This document shows, in pieces, positions 1 to 8,964 of a DNA stretch of 64,000 nt. The stretch is from Enterobacter phage EC152. The DNA lies in sequence record PP681140.1; one strand, given 5' to 3'. Position numbers and translations under genes: made by a program. Under the pieces are notes generated by a model. That model was not told where the DNA came from. It did no database searches and saw only the letters and a list, made by a program, of their open reading frames with translations. The stretch's first letter is position 1. Each line of letters starts with the position of its first letter.

Positions 1-39
1 CACCTTTTCGATTTAGGAATCGGATTTTTTCTACACCGC

Positions 40-200
40 TCAAAAAATTTTTCTCGGTAGAGATCGGGTTCTCGATCGATTTTTCAAAATCGAGATCGTA
101 TTTTTTCTCGCTATCGAAAAATTTTTCGCGCCCGGTTCTCGATCGACTTTTCAGTTTCAAAAACGTATTTTTTCTATAGACGCGAAAAAATTTTTGGGGA
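40..200. repeat. Tandem direct repeat, unit about 67 bp, at least 2.5 copies (ggttctcgatcgaYttttca at 67-86 and 134-153; gtattttttct at 98 and 165; aaaaatttttc at 43, 117, 184), followed by an (AC)n-like tract at 216-230
   Basis: Direct reading of the sequence; the array may continue to the left of the window. Confidence 0.7.
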
Positions 201-253
201 TCAATAATTTTCTCACACACGCACACGCGATGTCAAGATAAATTTTTATGTTG

Positions 254-296
254 AATGAGAAGCATTCTCATTTAGCTTTTTGAATGATAATCATTC
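254..296. promoter_or_regulatory. Two adjacent palindromic operator-like sites: AATGAGAA-gca-TTCTCATT (254-272) and GAATGAT-a-ATCATTC (282-296)
   Basis: Inverted-repeat symmetry seen directly; related half-sites recur at 10787-10801 and 11716-11745. Confidence 0.5.
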
Positions 297-571
297 TCGT
301 TTGCAGAATGACGGGCACCCCCGGTGTTTTGTACTCCGGTTTCAATGTTCCCGCTATGTCATAATAATAGCATAGCCAGCCCCAGGATCAAGCGTCTTTA
401 CAAATCTTTACAAATCTCAAAAGTCCGAACTACCGGCGATTCACCTTCCGACCTGGCACCCGCGCCCGGTACGTTAGCCCCGCCTTTTCGCCGTGGGGTG
501 GCGTTTTCTCTTCTGTCTGATAAATATAACCCAGAGCCGCACGGATTGCAAGCCCCAGGACAAAATATTTT

Positions 572-763
572 TTAATCCTCCCGGCTATCCCATAACACCG
601 CGCCGGACTCACTCACCGCTTTTGTGCCATAGTAAAAACCGGACACGCTCGCACGTTCTGCGAAAGGCAACGGTACGATCCTAACCTGGGGCGCTCCGCG
701 CTCATTCTCCCAGGTGTACAGGGTAACCATTGTTTCACTTGAAATTACTTTTCCGCTTTCCAT
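572..763 (-). CDS. Small hypothetical protein (about 63 aa, MESGKVISSE...), transcribed divergently from the early block
   Basis: A GAGGTAAA Shine-Dalgarno sits 6 nt upstream of the ATG on the minus strand. A candidate TTGCAT-16-TACTAT promoter lies on the minus strand upstream. The first M of the track ORF is unlikely to be the start. Confidence 0.4.
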   Translation of the reverse strand: MESGKVISSETMVTLYTWENERGAPQVRIVPLPFAERASVSGFYYGTKAVSESGAVLWDSRED

Positions 764-866
764 TCCGTTTACCTCTCTTGTGTGTGTCCCTATATAGTAC
801 ACGATCCCCGCCGGGATGCAACCACACCCGGCAAAAAGATTTTTAAAATATTTTTATCCGGGGGTA

Positions 867-895
867 TTGACGGCATTTAGTAAAGCGTTTACTAT
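867..895 (+). promoter_or_regulatory. Sigma70-type promoter TTGACG-17-TACTAT for the first early gene
   Basis: -35 at 867-872, 17-bp spacer, -10 at 890-895. Confidence 0.55.
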
Positions 896-945
896 TCATC
901 TCATCAGGGCGACACACCGCCGCCCACACTCAAAAGGTAAAGCAA

Positions 946-1476
946 ATGGACACTATCGAAACTTTTAACTACTCTGAGAACGGCATTGATTTTACTGTTA
1001 ACGTTGTTAACTTCAATGAATTTTCCGGGTTCGATGATCAATGGAAAATGACCGACGATCACGAGGGCGGCGTGACGGTTCAAAACCCGCAAGCCTGCCG
1101 AAACTCTTACAAGTACGCGATCCCGTTACAATACAGCCTCAAAGAGAGGATCGCACACCTGATAAGCCAGGGCGATGCTAACCCATCAGCTAACGCGTAC
1201 AAGGCCGCACAAGAGGCATTAGAGCGCGATTTAAACGCTAGCGATTATGGTTTCGTGGTAACTGCTACCGCAAACGGGATCACGCTCCTGGACGGCGAAA
1301 CGCTGGGGTGTAGTTTCGATTACTCATATGATGACAACGAAACATTGATCGACGCTGCAAAAGATGTTTACAAGGAAAACGGGATCGACGGTGAAGCCCT
1401 GGAAGCGGCAAAGAAAGCAGGCGCGGATCTGCTGTCTAACATTGAAGGCCTGAAAAATATTTTAAAAGTAGCTTGA
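946..1476 (+). CDS. Hypothetical early protein, 176 aa, acidic
   Basis: ORF preceded by a stem-loop (906-924) and an AAAGGTAAAG Shine-Dalgarno. Confidence 0.75.
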   Translation: MDTIETFNYSENGIDFTVNVVNFNEFSGFDDQWKMTDDHEGGVTVQNPQACRNSYKYAIPLQYSLKERIAHLISQGDANPSANAYKAAQEALERDLNASDYGFVVTATANGITLLDGETLGCSFDYSYDDNETLIDAAKDVYKENGIDGEALEAAKKAGADLLSNIEGLKNILKVA

Positions 1477-1549
1477 CCCCCAGGTTCGGATCGGTTATCT
1501 TACTAACAAGCCGGGGACGCTCCCCGGCACTAACGAAAGGTAAAACAGA

Positions 1550-1846
1550 ATGAAAATTTCCGCTAACAAACAATTGATCGGCACTGTTAAAAATTATGTC
1601 AGGAATCCGTATGAGTTCGGCGGGTATCCTAAGATTTTGATCATGCGTGATGGCGGTTGCCTTTGTTCAAAATGCGCCCGTGAAAATTTCCCGCGCCTGC
1701 TGGAAGAATTAAGGGATGAATGCGATCCGGCCTGGATGCCTGCCGGGGTGGATGTCTATTGGGAAGGCGCGGATCTGCCGTGTGACCACTGTAACACCCC
1801 GATCCCTAGCGCCTATGGCGATCCGGACGATGACACCGAAGAATAA
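1550..1846 (+). CDS. Hypothetical early protein, 98 aa, Cys-rich (CLCSKC...CDHC), putative zinc-binding
   Basis: ORF with hairpin 1510-1528 and Shine-Dalgarno AAAGGTAAAA. Confidence 0.75.
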   Translation: MKISANKQLIGTVKNYVRNPYEFGGYPKILIMRDGGCLCSKCARENFPRLLEELRDECDPAWMPAGVDVYWEGADLPCDHCNTPIPSAYGDPDDDTEE

Positions 1847-1855
1847 AATTAATTG

Positions 1856-1885
1856 TTGACGCTGGCTAATGTCTGGGGTTATAAT
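1856..1885 (+). promoter_or_regulatory. Sigma70-type promoter TTGACG-18-TATAAT
   Basis: Read directly from the sequence. Confidence 0.6.
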
Positions 1886-1936
1886 CTCCGGACATTGACA
1901 AGCGAAACAAACAACCACACTAAACGAGGTTACACC

Positions 1937-2266
1937 ATGAATAACTATTTCAATTCCCGCGCCCTGGCTCGTACTGCTGCAAAATCAAACGGTGGCAAAG
2001 TGATCGACAACGGCACCGCCGCGCCTGCTGGTAAACGCTGGCAAGTGATCCCCGGCGTTATGGTGGAAGCAATCCAGGACACCGCCGATCAACGTGCTGA
2101 AATGGAACGCGCCCCGGTTGTTACGCTGGAAGTAAAAGCAGGCTATCGCAACCGCAAAGCGCCCCGTGTCTCTTATGTACACGACGCAAACGGCAAGCCG
2201 ATCCCGGTGATGCACAAACGATCCCAGGTTGCCGCACGATTAGCGGCGCATTTAGCAAGAAATTAA
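1937..2266 (+). CDS. Hypothetical early protein, about 109 aa
   Basis: Start chosen at the internal M (MNNYF...) that follows the AACGAGGTTA Shine-Dalgarno; the track ORF start at 1853 lies inside the promoter. Confidence 0.65.
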   Translation: MNNYFNSRALARTAAKSNGGKVIDNGTAAPAGKRWQVIPGVMVEAIQDTADQRAEMERAPVVTLEVKAGYRNRKAPRVSYVHDANGKPIPVMHKRSQVAARLAAHLARN

Positions 2267-2267
2267 T

Positions 2268-2297
2268 TTGACAAGCGCCGGGAATCCGGCGCATAAT
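2268..2297 (+). promoter_or_regulatory. Sigma70-type promoter TTGACA-18-CATAAT
   Basis: Read directly from the sequence. Confidence 0.55.
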
Positions 2298-2327
2298 ACC
2301 CAAACCAAACAAAACGAGGTAAACGAA

Positions 2328-2525
2328 ATGGCAAAGGCTCCGCGTGTTAATAAATGGCTTTATGAAATCATCGTACAGGAAAGAACTTGTAACGGTTGGG
2401 AAGATTCTTGCGCCGAGGCAAATTGGTCTGATGCGGTAGCAACAAAGAAAGATTATCGCCGCAACGGGTACGAAGCCCGGATCATTGAACGCCGCACACC
2501 TAACCCGGATTATGTTGCAAAATAA
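2328..2525 (+). CDS. Hypothetical early protein, about 65 aa (MAKAPRVNKW...)
   Basis: Internal ATG after the AACGAGGTAAAC Shine-Dalgarno. Confidence 0.6.
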   Translation: MAKAPRVNKWLYEIIVQERTCNGWEDSCAEANWSDAVATKKDYRRNGYEARIIERRTPNPDYVAK

Positions 2526-2605
2526 ATTTGCAATCCTAAGCTAGATCGATTACATTATAAATCAAGGCGGGAATGGTTCCCGCCACACTGAAAAGGTAAT
2601 ACAAA

Positions 2606-2899
2606 ATGACTACCACAAACAAAACCACTACCGCCCCAGCAAAATTTTTCCTCGCTCGTATCTATTGCATGTATGACGGTAAAGAGTTCCCAGCCGTGGA
2701 TCTGATTGTTGATCACTCCCTGGAAGATGCAACCAACGAAGCCGAAAACCGTTGCGCCGCCGCTCACTATTCCTTTTCCGATATCGACGAAGTGAACGAA
2801 AGCGGTTATTGGTCTGATTGTGGCGCTCATGTTGTACGCGTTAAATCTGTAACAGAAATTAGCGCCGCCACCTATGAAGAGATAAAAAATCTCCTGTAA
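2606..2899 (+). CDS. Hypothetical early protein, 97 aa
   Basis: Hairpin 2566-2584 followed by Shine-Dalgarno AAAAGGTAAT. Confidence 0.75.
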   Translation: MTTTNKTTTAPAKFFLARIYCMYDGKEFPAVDLIVDHSLEDATNEAENRCAAAHYSFSDIDEVNESGYWSDCGAHVVRVKSVTEISAATYEEIKNLL

Positions 2900-2902
2900 G
2901 TA

Positions 2903-2931
2903 TTGACACCCCAGCGAGTAAAGCGGATAAT
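2903..2931 (+). promoter_or_regulatory. Sigma70-type promoter TTGACA-17-GATAAT
   Basis: Read directly from the sequence. Confidence 0.6.
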
Positions 2932-2978
2932 TCTATTCAAGCCGGGACGGTTCCCGGCACTGACCGAAGGTAAAGAAA

Positions 2979-3377
2979 ATGGCAAAGTTTAAAACCTCAA
3001 TCAATCTTTATGACGCTGTGAACCGCCTGAAAGAAGTTTCACGCGAAAATCAAACCGGGGATTTTTTCGTGGTTGTTGACTCCTTTGATTTTGGGCGTGA
3101 TGTTAACGGAAACACGATCAACAAATACCGCGCCACGCTCCACCGTGGGGATCTGCTATCCGTGCAAAATGGTTATACTGGTTTCGGGGTCACCGTCCTG
3201 GAATCACCACGCCGCCGCGAACAATCCCACAATGAAGGGCAAAGCGCCGCGCTTTACTGGTTGGAAAAAATCGGTTATGATCTGGCTTATGAGTCTATGA
3301 CTTATGCGCCCCACACCAAAAAGCAAGGCTATCGCCACGTTTACCGGGTAACGAACAATTATTTAAAGGCGGTGTGA
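2979..3377 (+). CDS. Hypothetical early protein, 132 aa
   Basis: Hairpin 2941-2958 followed by Shine-Dalgarno GAAGGTAAAG. Confidence 0.75.
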   Translation: MAKFKTSINLYDAVNRLKEVSRENQTGDFFVVVDSFDFGRDVNGNTINKYRATLHRGDLLSVQNGYTGFGVTVLESPRRREQSHNEGQSAALYWLEKIGYDLAYESMTYAPHTKKQGYRHVYRVTNNYLKAV

Positions 3378-3378
3378 A

Positions 3379-3564
3379 ATGGTTGTAAGCATGGATAACG
3401 GGCAAGTATTGACGATCTTTAATTCTGCAAGCCGCACAATTGAGGACGTAAAGCAAGAGGCAAGCCAACGGATCGACAACCTAAAGATCCCCGGCAAGCT
3501 GTTAGATGATAGCCTGAAAGTGATCGCCGCTTTCGATTCTTTTGGGAAAGAAATCACTAAATAG
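3379..3564 (+). CDS. Hypothetical small protein, 61 aa
   Basis: ORF lies immediately after the stop of the previous gene; Shine-Dalgarno is weak. Confidence 0.45.
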   Translation: MVVSMDNGQVLTIFNSASRTIEDVKQEASQRIDNLKIPGKLLDDSLKVIAAFDSFGKEITK

Positions 3565-3660
3565 TTGTTGACTCTTAATAGATGGGGCTTTAAGATAAGC
3601 CCTATCAAGTAAGAGAAATAACCCGGCAATAATGCCAAACCAAACAAAAGGTAAATTATC

Positions 3661-4227
3661 ATGAATAACAAAATCACTTTCAACGATCAAGACGTAGCCG
3701 TTTTTAACTTCCTGAAAGAAAAAGGGATTGAATTTAAAGCAGTACACGGCGGAGTCAATAATGATCCTAGTTGGGAAGCGGATCTGTTTTTCGTGTCTTT
3801 TGAGCGTAACGGCAAAATGTACCGTTCAGAATTTAAAACTGGTACAGGTCACCGCGTAGGCCGTCATAGTGGCTTAACCTCTCAGGATAAAAAAGAGCTT
3901 GATAAAGTTGGCGCACAAATCGCCATCGTAGATCAAAAGCACTGGACACGCGACGATTACAAGCGTAATGATAATAAAGCTATGTCTTTTGGTTATCGTG
4001 TTTACGTTGCGACACCTTGCGCCGCAAACGTGCTTTACTGCCTGCTGTCTGATATGTCTTTTGGTGATGAAACTCATGCTGATTTTTGCGCTAATATGGG
4101 CTATGATGAGGACAGCCGCAAAGGTTTAGAAATGTATCTCGAATGTCAGAAAGTAGGACAGGAGATCCGCAAAATCTTTACAGGTGAGGAACTGGAAGCC
4201 CTGCGCGAAATGTTAGAGGATTATTAA
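3661..4227 (+). CDS. Hypothetical early protein, 188 aa
   Basis: Promoter TTGACT-17-TAAGAT at about 3566-3594; Shine-Dalgarno AAAAGGTAAA. Confidence 0.75.
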   Translation: MNNKITFNDQDVAVFNFLKEKGIEFKAVHGGVNNDPSWEADLFFVSFERNGKMYRSEFKTGTGHRVGRHSGLTSQDKKELDKVGAQIAIVDQKHWTRDDYKRNDNKAMSFGYRVYVATPCAANVLYCLLSDMSFGDETHADFCANMGYDEDSRKGLEMYLECQKVGQEIRKIFTGEELEALREMLEDY

Positions 4228-4230
4228 ACC

Positions 4231-4578
4231 GTGTTTAAAATCCTGTTTTTGGTGGCTGCTGCTGCTATCTACTGGAAGATCCCCGCTAGACTATGGCGGG
4301 GAGTTCTCTGGATTTACTACGAATACAGGATCGGCAAAGTGTATCACTATATAGAATATAAGTTTCACGGGAACCATTACCACACCCGGCGATCCGGGGC
4401 ATTAAATGATCTTGAGGGTAACGGGCTATTGTGTGAGGTGAAAAAGCGAGGCGGCAAAATCACTTATCACAAAGAAGGAACAAAAGAGCAAATCACCGAG
4501 ATCATAGAGTGGCGAGCTAATGAGCTAGCAGAAAAACAAGGCCGGATCATTCAACATGCACACAACAAACGAAAATAA
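4231..4578 (+). CDS. Hypothetical protein, 115 aa, with an N-terminal hydrophobic segment
   Basis: ORF follows the previous gene by 3 nt. Confidence 0.6.
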   Translation: MFKILFLVAAAAIYWKIPARLWRGVLWIYYEYRIGKVYHYIEYKFHGNHYHTRRSGALNDLEGNGLLCEVKKRGGKITYHKEGTKEQITEIIEWRANELAEKQGRIIQHAHNKRK

Positions 4579-4592
4579 AACGAGGGTTTAAA

Positions 4593-4796
4593 ATGCGAAA
4601 TATTGAGAAGATGACAAGCAAGCGTGATCGCCTGGCTTACGGTGAAGTAAACGAGCGCCGCCAACGTAACGACAAACTACACAAGCCGGAAAGGGTCGCT
4701 AAAACCTGGACGCCTGACCGTTATGATCCAAACCTCAATAAAAGGTTAGCGGATCGCAAACGTGCTTTACAGTGGCAAGCCGTACAAAATGACTAA
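4593..4796 (+). CDS. Hypothetical basic protein, 67 aa
   Basis: ORF with Shine-Dalgarno AACGAGGG. Confidence 0.55.
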   Translation: MRNIEKMTSKRDRLAYGEVNERRQRNDKLHKPERVAKTWTPDRYDPNLNKRLADRKRALQWQAVQND

Positions 4797-4800
4797 ACAA

Positions 4801-4829
4801 AGGCCGGGATAATTTCCCGGCTTTTTTCT
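4801..4829 (+). terminator. Rho-independent terminator (GGCCGGGATAATTTCCCGGC followed by a T6 run)
   Basis: GC hairpin followed by a T-run. Confidence 0.75.
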
Positions 4830-4858
4830 ATGCAAAAAAGTGAATTTAAAGAGTTCTC
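4828..4858 (+). promoter_or_regulatory. Copy 1 of the conserved motif cTATGCAAAAAAGTGAATTTAAAGAGTTCTC
   Basis: Near-identical copies at 5005-5035, 8935-8964, 10818-10848 and 10995-11020, with a variant at 9103-9140. Confidence 0.5.
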
Positions 4859-5004
4859 AGGCAGGCAATGCACTTGCCAGGGTTCGACATTGAAGCGCTT
4901 AGAGAGGCTTACAGGAGCTTTAAAGCGGTATCACGGCACCGCGCCACGCTCAAAAGGCCTTAAATTTAGTCACAAGGTGAAACTATTTGCATATGATTGA
5001 ATGC

Positions 5005-5035
5005 TTATGCAAAACAGTGAATATTGTAAAGATTT
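5005..5035 (+). promoter_or_regulatory. Copy 2 of the TATGCAAAA-AGTGAAT motif
   Basis: See copy 1. Confidence 0.45.
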
Positions 5036-5125
5036 AATAATTTTCTTGCGTCCTGGCGTGAATCTGTTAATATTTAACACGTAGGGCGACATAGTGAAGC
5101 CCACACAATCAAAAGGTAAATTATC

Positions 5126-5416
5126 ATGTGTAAAGTAATGAATGCTCTGACTAAAAACGCCCTAGAAAACAAATACCTGGGCAAAATGGTTTATCATAAT
5201 TATGGTCAAATCGGGTTCGGTGTGGTCACCGGGATCGATGACCGTGATCCCACAAAATTACGTTTACGCGTGAAGTTTACCCGCAATAATACCCCGGCGC
5301 ATATCCAGAAATATGACAACCGCGCGGATCGTGTTCGTTGCCTCCTGCCTCAATCGGTCACCGTGTCCCGTGTGCGTTATGAGGATTACAACCGCACAAA
5401 CCAGATCAAGAAATAG
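5126..5416 (+). CDS. Hypothetical early protein, 96 aa
   Basis: Promoter-like TTCTTG-17-TAATAT upstream; Shine-Dalgarno AAAAGGTAAA. Confidence 0.7.
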   Translation: MCKVMNALTKNALENKYLGKMVYHNYGQIGFGVVTGIDDRDPTKLRLRVKFTRNNTPAHIQKYDNRADRVRCLLPQSVTVSRVRYEDYNRTNQIKK

Positions 5417-5492
5417 CTTGCAATCTGCGCCGCTTATGGTATCTTTATTCATAGGCGGCAATAATGCCACCACTTAAAGAGAGGTAAACAAA

Positions 5493-5594
5493 ATGTTAGA
5501 TTATACAAACCTTTGGTGTGTGGCTGCTCTTGTATCTTTCATCGTTGCGGCTTGCTCTGTGGTCGCTATCCATATTATTTTAGAGGATCGTTAA
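5493..5594 (+). CDS. Small hydrophobic peptide, 33 aa (MLDYTNLWCVAALVSFIVAAC...), membrane
   Basis: Shine-Dalgarno AGAGAGGTAAA; not in the ORF track because it is under 60 aa. Confidence 0.55.
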   Translation: MLDYTNLWCVAALVSFIVAACSVVAIHIILEDR

Positions 5595-5595
5595 T

Positions 5596-5814
5596 ATGTT
5601 CGGGTTTATCGTTATGGCCTGCCATATCTCGCTAACTTCAATGAAGTTAGATTGTAGCTGGGATGTTAAAAAAACATTCCAAACAGAACAGGCTTGCAAC
5701 GTGTACGAAAACGAATACACGCTAGGCAAAGGCGAGCAGATCGGGGTCTGTGATGAGTTAGATCCTGGCGTTAAAGAAGGCGATAAACGCCCTATTCTCA
5801 CCCTCAAAAAGTAA
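5596..5814 (+). CDS. Hypothetical protein, 72 aa
   Basis: Start overlaps the upstream stop (TAATATG). Confidence 0.55.
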   Translation: MFGFIVMACHISLTSMKLDCSWDVKKTFQTEQACNVYENEYTLGKGEQIGVCDELDPGVKEGDKRPILTLKK

Positions 5815-5823
5815 GGGTTTACC

Positions 5824-6009
5824 ATGTTTGAAGTATTCGCCGGAATGTGTTTTTATGCCGCTATGGGCTTGCAACGTTGCGATGATTTCATCGTTGAATC
5901 ATACGACGATCAATTAACCTGTGAGATCGTAGCCAATGACTACCGCACGGATCGCCGCTGGATTAATCCCGCTTGCATCCCATCGCCGGAAGTTGAACCA
6001 ATGCCATAA
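5824..6009 (+). CDS. Hypothetical protein, 61 aa
   Basis: ORF begins 10 nt after the previous stop. Confidence 0.5.
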   Translation: MFEVFAGMCFYAAMGLQRCDDFIVESYDDQLTCEIVANDYRTDRRWINPACIPSPEVEPMP

Positions 6010-6016
6010 AATAAAT

Positions 6017-6045
6017 TTGACAACGGGGAACCGTTGATCAATAAT
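6017..6045 (+). promoter_or_regulatory. Sigma70-type promoter TTGACA-17-AATAAT
   Basis: Read directly from the sequence. Confidence 0.55.
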
Positions 6046-6093
6046 TACCAGACAAGGCCGGGAGCGGTTCCCGGTCACCTGGTGAGGTGAATC

Positions 6094-6210
6094 ATGAAAG
6101 GTTACCAAGTAGAATACACTACCGAAAACCCGGTTTACACCGAAGCGCGGATCATGTGTCGTCTGGTGTGGTTTTTCGTGATCTTCCTGCTGTTATTATC
6201 TTTATTCTAA
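6094..6210 (+). CDS. Small membrane peptide, 38 aa (MKGYQVEYTTENPVYTEARIMCRLVWFFVIFLLLLSLF)
   Basis: Preceded by promoter, hairpin 6056-6076 and GGTGAGGTGA Shine-Dalgarno; hydrophobic C-terminus. Confidence 0.55.
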   Translation: MKGYQVEYTTENPVYTEARIMCRLVWFFVIFLLLLSLF

Positions 6211-6225
6211 AACGAGGTTTTAAAA

Positions 6226-6567
6226 ATGGAACTGGCAAATAAATTTTTCTTCCTGGCTGGCGTATCTGACAAAGCAAAATGTGATTTTCGTCGTTTCGAT
6301 GATAAAACATTGTTGCGTTTTTGTCATGTTAATGACACTGTAAACGCTGATCGCCTGGATATCATGATCCGCACGGAAAACAGCATTGATCACGCTTCAC
6401 AAAGACCTTGCAAGGCGCATTATGTATCTTATCAGCTTGAAAGTGTGAAGGGTTATGTAAAACAGGCTGATAGCCTGCCGATCCGTGATGCTCTGGACGT
6501 TTTCGCGGTAGTTGTTGAGATTGTTAATGATGTTTTTCCGGTTGACTCTGAAAACCAGATCGGCTAA
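6226..6567 (+). CDS. Hypothetical early protein, 113 aa
   Basis: Shine-Dalgarno AACGAGGTTT. Confidence 0.7.
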   Translation: MELANKFFFLAGVSDKAKCDFRRFDDKTLLRFCHVNDTVNADRLDIMIRTENSIDHASQRPCKAHYVSYQLESVKGYVKQADSLPIRDALDVFAVVVEIVNDVFPVDSENQIG

Positions 6568-6620
6568 AGTATTCTAACAGGCCGGGGATTGTCCCCGGTC
6601 ACAATAGAAAGGTAAATATT

Positions 6621-6854
6621 ATGGCACGTTACACTAAAACCGTGGATATCTGGGACGCTCAAACCAACGTTGCAAAATTGCAGCCGGGGCAATGGGTAGA
6701 GGCTGGCAAAGGCGGTGATCGCGGGATCTTCTGTGGTGTAAAACGCTCTGGATCTGTGGTTGTTGCCTGGAAGAATAACGCAAGCAACCATAAGCGCGGC
6801 GGGTATCGTGGCTATATTTCCGATCTGTTTTCTTATGCTAAAGTGTGGGCTTGA
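6621..6854 (+). CDS. Hypothetical early protein, 77 aa
   Basis: Hairpin 6580-6600 followed by Shine-Dalgarno GAAAGGTAAA. Confidence 0.75.
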   Translation: MARYTKTVDIWDAQTNVAKLQPGQWVEAGKGGDRGIFCGVKRSGSVVVAWKNNASNHKRGGYRGYISDLFSYAKVWA

Positions 6855-6856
6855 TT

Positions 6857-7189
6857 ATGAAAAATAAAAATGTTTATTGGTCTTCCTCGTGCGGTCGCCT
6901 TTGTCTGATTTTCCGTGACCGTGACCAGGTAGAAGAGATCGCCCACTCTGGGGACTGTGAAGCCTCCACCGTTGAAGCCTTGCCCTATTTCCGGGACGGC
7001 TTACAGTTTAGCGCCTACACCGATCAAATGATCCGGGATTACCTGGCCGAAACCGGGATCGAGCGTGAAGGGGTAGACGGGATCGACAACATGGATCGCC
7101 ACACCCTGGAAATGTACCTGTTATGGATCGCGGCTTGCGATATGCTGGACGTGTTCAACATTGGCGATGATTACGGGGAAGATGAATAA
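6857..7189 (+). CDS. Hypothetical early protein, about 110 aa (MKNKNVYW...)
   Basis: The ATG overlaps the upstream stop; the track start at 6845 is a GTG. Confidence 0.6.
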   Translation: MKNKNVYWSSSCGRLCLIFRDRDQVEEIAHSGDCEASTVEALPYFRDGLQFSAYTDQMIRDYLAETGIEREGVDGIDNMDRHTLEMYLLWIAACDMLDVFNIGDDYGEDE

Positions 7190-7205
7190 AAACGCTTGCA
7201 AGCCA

Positions 7206-7234
7206 GGTGCGGATCGGTTAATATCTTTTTGAGG
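7206..7234 (+). promoter_or_regulatory. Sigma70-type promoter TTGCAA-17-TAATAT
   Basis: Read directly from the sequence. Confidence 0.55.
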
Positions 7235-7275
7235 CCGGGGAATACCTCCCCGGCAAGCCAGAAAGGTAAACAAAA

Positions 7276-7665
7276 ATGCAAAATTTCATCACTATCACCA
7301 ATAACGATAAACTGCAATCTCTGATCGGTATCCTTAACGATGTTTCACCGTTTATCGTTAAAAATCTTTACGCACATTTGAAAAATGTTAAACCCGCTAT
7401 TTGGTCTGCTCATTGCTATGACCAGGACGAAAGCGCGGCGGCATACATGATCGAAATGTTAAAAGATAGTATGCAACTTTGTTTATCTCAAAGCGTTATT
7501 AATGAAGTTGATAGCCGTTTATCTCTGGCTATTGAATACCAGGTGCAAGCAATGTATAATCAGTTAGACATTGAAGAGCAGCAAGATCAGGATTCATTCT
7601 GGGATCGTGCTGATGCTCAAAGCGCCTTTGATGACCGTTTAGCAATGTATGCTAACGAATACTAA
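7276..7665 (+). CDS. Hypothetical early protein, 129 aa, acidic
   Basis: Hairpin 7233-7254 followed by Shine-Dalgarno GAAAGGTAAAC. Confidence 0.75.
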   Translation: MQNFITITNNDKLQSLIGILNDVSPFIVKNLYAHLKNVKPAIWSAHCYDQDESAAAYMIEMLKDSMQLCLSQSVINEVDSRLSLAIEYQVQAMYNQLDIEEQQDQDSFWDRADAQSAFDDRLAMYANEY

Positions 7666-7715
7666 ACAAAACAAGGCCGGGGACGTTCCCCGGCATAATC
7701 TGAAAGGTAAAGCAA

Positions 7716-7940
7716 ATGTTAAAGAATCAAACCGGGCAAACTGAATTTTTACGCAACCTTATCGCTGGTGAAAAGGCTGTATGGTTCTGTGAAGGTGCAA
7801 ACGTAGATCCGGAAATGCGGAAAATGACCGCCACCGTGTGCAAGGCGAAACTAGGCTTTAAAATCCGTCAATCAAAAGCCCTGATCGTTACTCCTGATTC
7901 TATCCCGCAAGCAATCATCATTATTGAGCGTATATCATGA
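7716..7940 (+). CDS. Hypothetical early protein, 74 aa
   Basis: Hairpin 7675-7694 followed by Shine-Dalgarno GAAAGGTAAAG. Confidence 0.7.
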   Translation: MLKNQTGQTEFLRNLIAGEKAVWFCEGANVDPEMRKMTATVCKAKLGFKIRQSKALIVTPDSIPQAIIIIERIS

Positions 7941-8164
7941 AAAAAGTAATTTTTGATAACAAGAAAAACACGGTAACCGCTCAAAAGGTCGGGGAGTATA
8001 TCGAACTTTCGGATCTGTATAGTGACGCGCCGATCCGCTTGTCACCTGCTGAATATAAAAATGCTGATTTGGTTAAACATGTTGTCGCTATGGAGTTCGA
8101 ATTTTTCGAATATCTAGCCTCTTTTGAGGATGATTTTAATAGTGATGGGCTTTACGGCGCATGA
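7937..8164 (+). CDS. Hypothetical protein, 75 aa
   Basis: ATGA start/stop overlap with the upstream gene. Confidence 0.6.
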   Translation: MKKVIFDNKKNTVTAQKVGEYIELSDLYSDAPIRLSPAEYKNADLVKHVVAMEFEFFEYLASFEDDFNSDGLYGA

Positions 8165-8306
8165 TCATTTACGTCAACGTTTTAAACGGGAATCGTTACC
8201 GCTGGCGCGGTTCCCGTGTCCTGGCTCTGATGTCTGGTGAATGGGTTCAAAGTCAGCACTTACGCCCCGCCGATCTCTCACATTTTCCGTTTATAGGTAT
8301 CAAAGA

Positions 8307-8783
8307 ATGAAATATGAAATCACCCCGGAAGATATCAAAACACGCGCCCTTGATAGCGCCCGTTACACCTTAACAAAGCGTGAAGGCCTGCAACTATTTT
8401 CAATCTGTTTTATTCATCCTGATGATCCTGATTTTCAATCTGATCCGGTTGAGTTCTGGGCTAGTAGCTGGGAAACGGCTTATGATGAGCTGATGAATAA
8501 TGTAAACACTTTCGAATCTTACGGCCTGTCAAGTTTTAGCCAGACAGATCGCCCCCTGGAGGATGAGAACGTTAGAGCGTGGATCAACCACTACAACGCC
8601 CTTTATAACCTCGTGTTTATTCATGGGGAGAGTAAAGAAGAGATGATCAAGAAAGCGCTAGACTTTAATGATCATTGTTCGTATGTACTCCGCAAAATGT
8701 GCGAGCTAGTGGACGCCCTGAGAAGTGCGGAGAGGTTCGACGGCGGATCGGTCTATCGTGAATCAATGCACCGTTACAGATAA
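8307..8783 (+). CDS. Hypothetical protein, about 158 aa (MKYEITPED...)
   Basis: The long ORF runs 8241-8783; an internal start at 8307 fits a weak Shine-Dalgarno better. Confidence 0.5.
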   Translation: MKYEITPEDIKTRALDSARYTLTKREGLQLFSICFIHPDDPDFQSDPVEFWASSWETAYDELMNNVNTFESYGLSSFSQTDRPLEDENVRAWINHYNALYNLVFIHGESKEEMIKKALDFNDHCSYVLRKMCELVDALRSAERFDGGSVYRESMHRYR

Positions 8784-8934
8784 GCGCTAAAATCTTTACA
8801 ATTCCGGGGCTTGTTTTCTGTCCCGGTTTTTGTTATTCTTTTGTGGAAGCGGCAACGATGGACACCGGAGGAAACACACCGGAGGTGCCTGTCATTCCGG
8901 TAATGAGAATTACTATCAACAACCCTCAAAATCC

Positions 8935-8964
8935 TATGCAAAATAGTGAATATGGCGAGATCTC
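8935..8964 (+). promoter_or_regulatory. Copy 3 of the TATGCAAAATAGTGAATAT motif; a TGAGAAT half-site lies at 8903-8916
   Basis: See copy 1. Confidence 0.45.

Noticed and set aside
40-200. Possible CRISPR array
   Set aside because: Repeats are about 67 bp and contiguous without unique spacers; AT-rich, no cas genes; not CRISPR
324-684. Overlapping plus-strand ORFs 324-575 and 493-684 in the GC-rich leader
   Set aside because: No Shine-Dalgarno or promoter, mutual overlap, odd composition; more likely non-coding leader or structured DNA
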